DNA from: the human T2T-CHM13v2.0 reference genome, Homo sapiens
Reading direction: 5' to 3' (one strand)
Length of the DNA stretch: 64,000 nt
Assembly (NCBI RefSeq): GCF_009914755.1
Contig: NC_060938.1
The position numbers and the translations under genes were made by a program. A model generated the notes under the pieces. The model saw only the letters and a list, made by a program, of their open reading frames with translations, ran no database searches and was not told where the DNA came from. Shown here in pieces: positions 62,381 to 64,000 of this stretch (positions within the stretch are counted from its first letter, which is position 1; each line of letters starts with the position of its first letter).

Positions 62381-63269
62381 TGCTGCCAGGTCTCTAGGCT
62401 TCAAGATAGAGGACTCTCTACTGGGTTAAATCAGTTTATTTCAGACTGATCTAAGTCTCTGTCTCAATCACTTGTTGATAAGAGCGCCCCTGTGTTTCTC
62501 CACAACATGAGATCGTACCTCTTTCAAGGGCCAACTTACCAAATCCCATCAAGTTTCCCCATACTCTGTAATGACCACTTCAGCCCTGCCCTTACCCAAT
62601 TTTCTTAGTCATTTTAAAAGGCCGAGGTGAACCTCAAGATTTTCTTGTGTGGGCAATTTCTGTCTTAGCAGGGTTCTAAGAACTAGGCAATGACTAATAG
62701 CTACTGCAGTTTGTTGACCTTGTTCCAGCAAAATCTATACTATAAGCACAGGTCATTCCATTCAGGGGATTATTTTTCTCCTGCAGTGGTTATGTGTTAT
62801 GACAAAACGAAGTTCAATACCTAATTGTGCGACTGGGCAAATATCCAAGAAGCATCAAATAGGCATAGACTAGGACCTGTGGGAACCTTCCCTCAGGTCC
62901 ATGACAAAGAACAAGAAAAACTTGAGATTGTCTTTAAAAATGCAACCTGAAGACACAGTTACTTCTTACTTAGCAAGGGAAAGAAAGGTGAAAATAAATT
63001 ACCTTTGCTTCTGTGTTATTCACACTGCTGGAAACCATAAAAAGGAGGCTTCATTATAATTCTTGAAGGTTCTATTAATATTAGTGGATAATATAGTTTT
63101 GTGGCTTTCTAGTGCTACAAGCTTATTCTGAGCAATACTGCCCTCAACCAATTTCTGGCGCTGGCAATGTTAGGGCTTCTGGGCAGAATCTTGAGGCAAG
63201 ATAGAAAAATTTTTCCATGTTTCTCCATGTGGGTTAAAGACCCAGTGAGAATAAATAGCAAAGAAGTAG

Positions 63270-63500
63270 AGTACAGAGTTTAAGAAAATAGATTTGATAT
63301 CAGGCAAACCTAGGTTTCAGTTTCAGTTTTGCCGATAATTAAACATGTGGCTTTGGAAAAGCTGTTTAACCCTTCCAAGACTTAGTTTCTTCATCTCTAG
63401 GATGGGCATAATACTACCACCTACTTTACAGGGTAGTCAGAATTACATAAAATAATTATTGTAAAGGGCATTTGACAGTGTCTGACAAAGAGTGAAAGAA
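63270..63500 (+). mobile_element. MIR
   Basis: acctaggtttcag...tgtggctttggaaaag...agtttcttcatctctaggatgggcataat. Confidence 0.75.
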
Positions 63501-63652
63501 CTTATACTACTATTTATTTCTTCATATTTACATATATTTTATGCTAGGGGAATTGGCACTCAGGTATGTTGCCAGTGAGAATATAAATTGGTACAGTTTC
63601 TTTGGAGGTTAATTTGATAGTTTATGTTAAATTTTTAAAATCCCATAGGCTT

Positions 63653-64000
63653 TGATATGATTCCGCTGTATCCCCACCCAAACCTTACCTTGAATTGTGG
63701 TTCCCATAATCCCCACGTGTCATGGGAGGGACCTGGTGGGAGGCAATTGAATCATGGGGCTGGTTACCTTCATGCTATTCTCATGATAGTGAGTGAGTTC
63801 TCACAAAATCTGGTAGTTTTATAAGATGCTTTTCCCCCCACTTCGCTCATACTTCTCCTTGCTGACACCATGTGCAGGACACATTTGCTTCCCCTTCCGC
63901 CGTGATTGTAAGTTTCCTGAGGCTTCCCTAGCCATGCTAAACTGTGACTCAATTAAACCTCTTTCCTTTATAAATTACCCAGTCTTGGGCACTTCTTTAT
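63653..64000 (+). mobile_element. THE1D-like LTR, cut by the window end
   Basis: TGATATGATT...ccccacccaaa...taaattacccagtcttggg. Confidence 0.9.

Noticed and set aside
62520-63240. Minus-strand donor-like sites in unique DNA
   Set aside because: No open frame or strong paired acceptor; cannot support an exon

Overview
Primate genomic DNA, most likely human or another hominoid (AluY and an intact LTR12C are present). It is intergenic or deep-intronic. I see no credible protein-coding gene: the longer ORFs lie in Alus, GC-rich LTRs or anonymous DNA. Well over half of the window is recognisably transposon-derived. It holds roughly 40 Alu/FLAM copies; solo ERV1 LTRs (MER66-like, MER41A, MER57, a 2.1-kb MER52, LTR12C); MaLR LTRs (THE1, MST, MLT1); ERVL LTRs (LTR16/LTR33-like); nested L1M fragments; L2, MIR and L3 relics; DNA transposons (Tigger3, MER5); and a 33-nt tailless U2 snRNA retro-fragment with a target-site duplication (TSD). 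The features not explained by repeat annotation are small rearrangement scars: a perfect 34-bp inverted repeat inside an old MLT1, a 55-bp 96%-identical dispersed duplication in unique DNA with a fold-back junction, a 73-bp triplication inside an AluJ, a quasi-palindrome-corrected THE1 end, and several templated insertions. There are also candidate LTR-derived promoters and enhancers. I did not find a convincing new biological system. Subfamily names come from recalled consensus sequences, not a database search; edges of old repeats are approximate.
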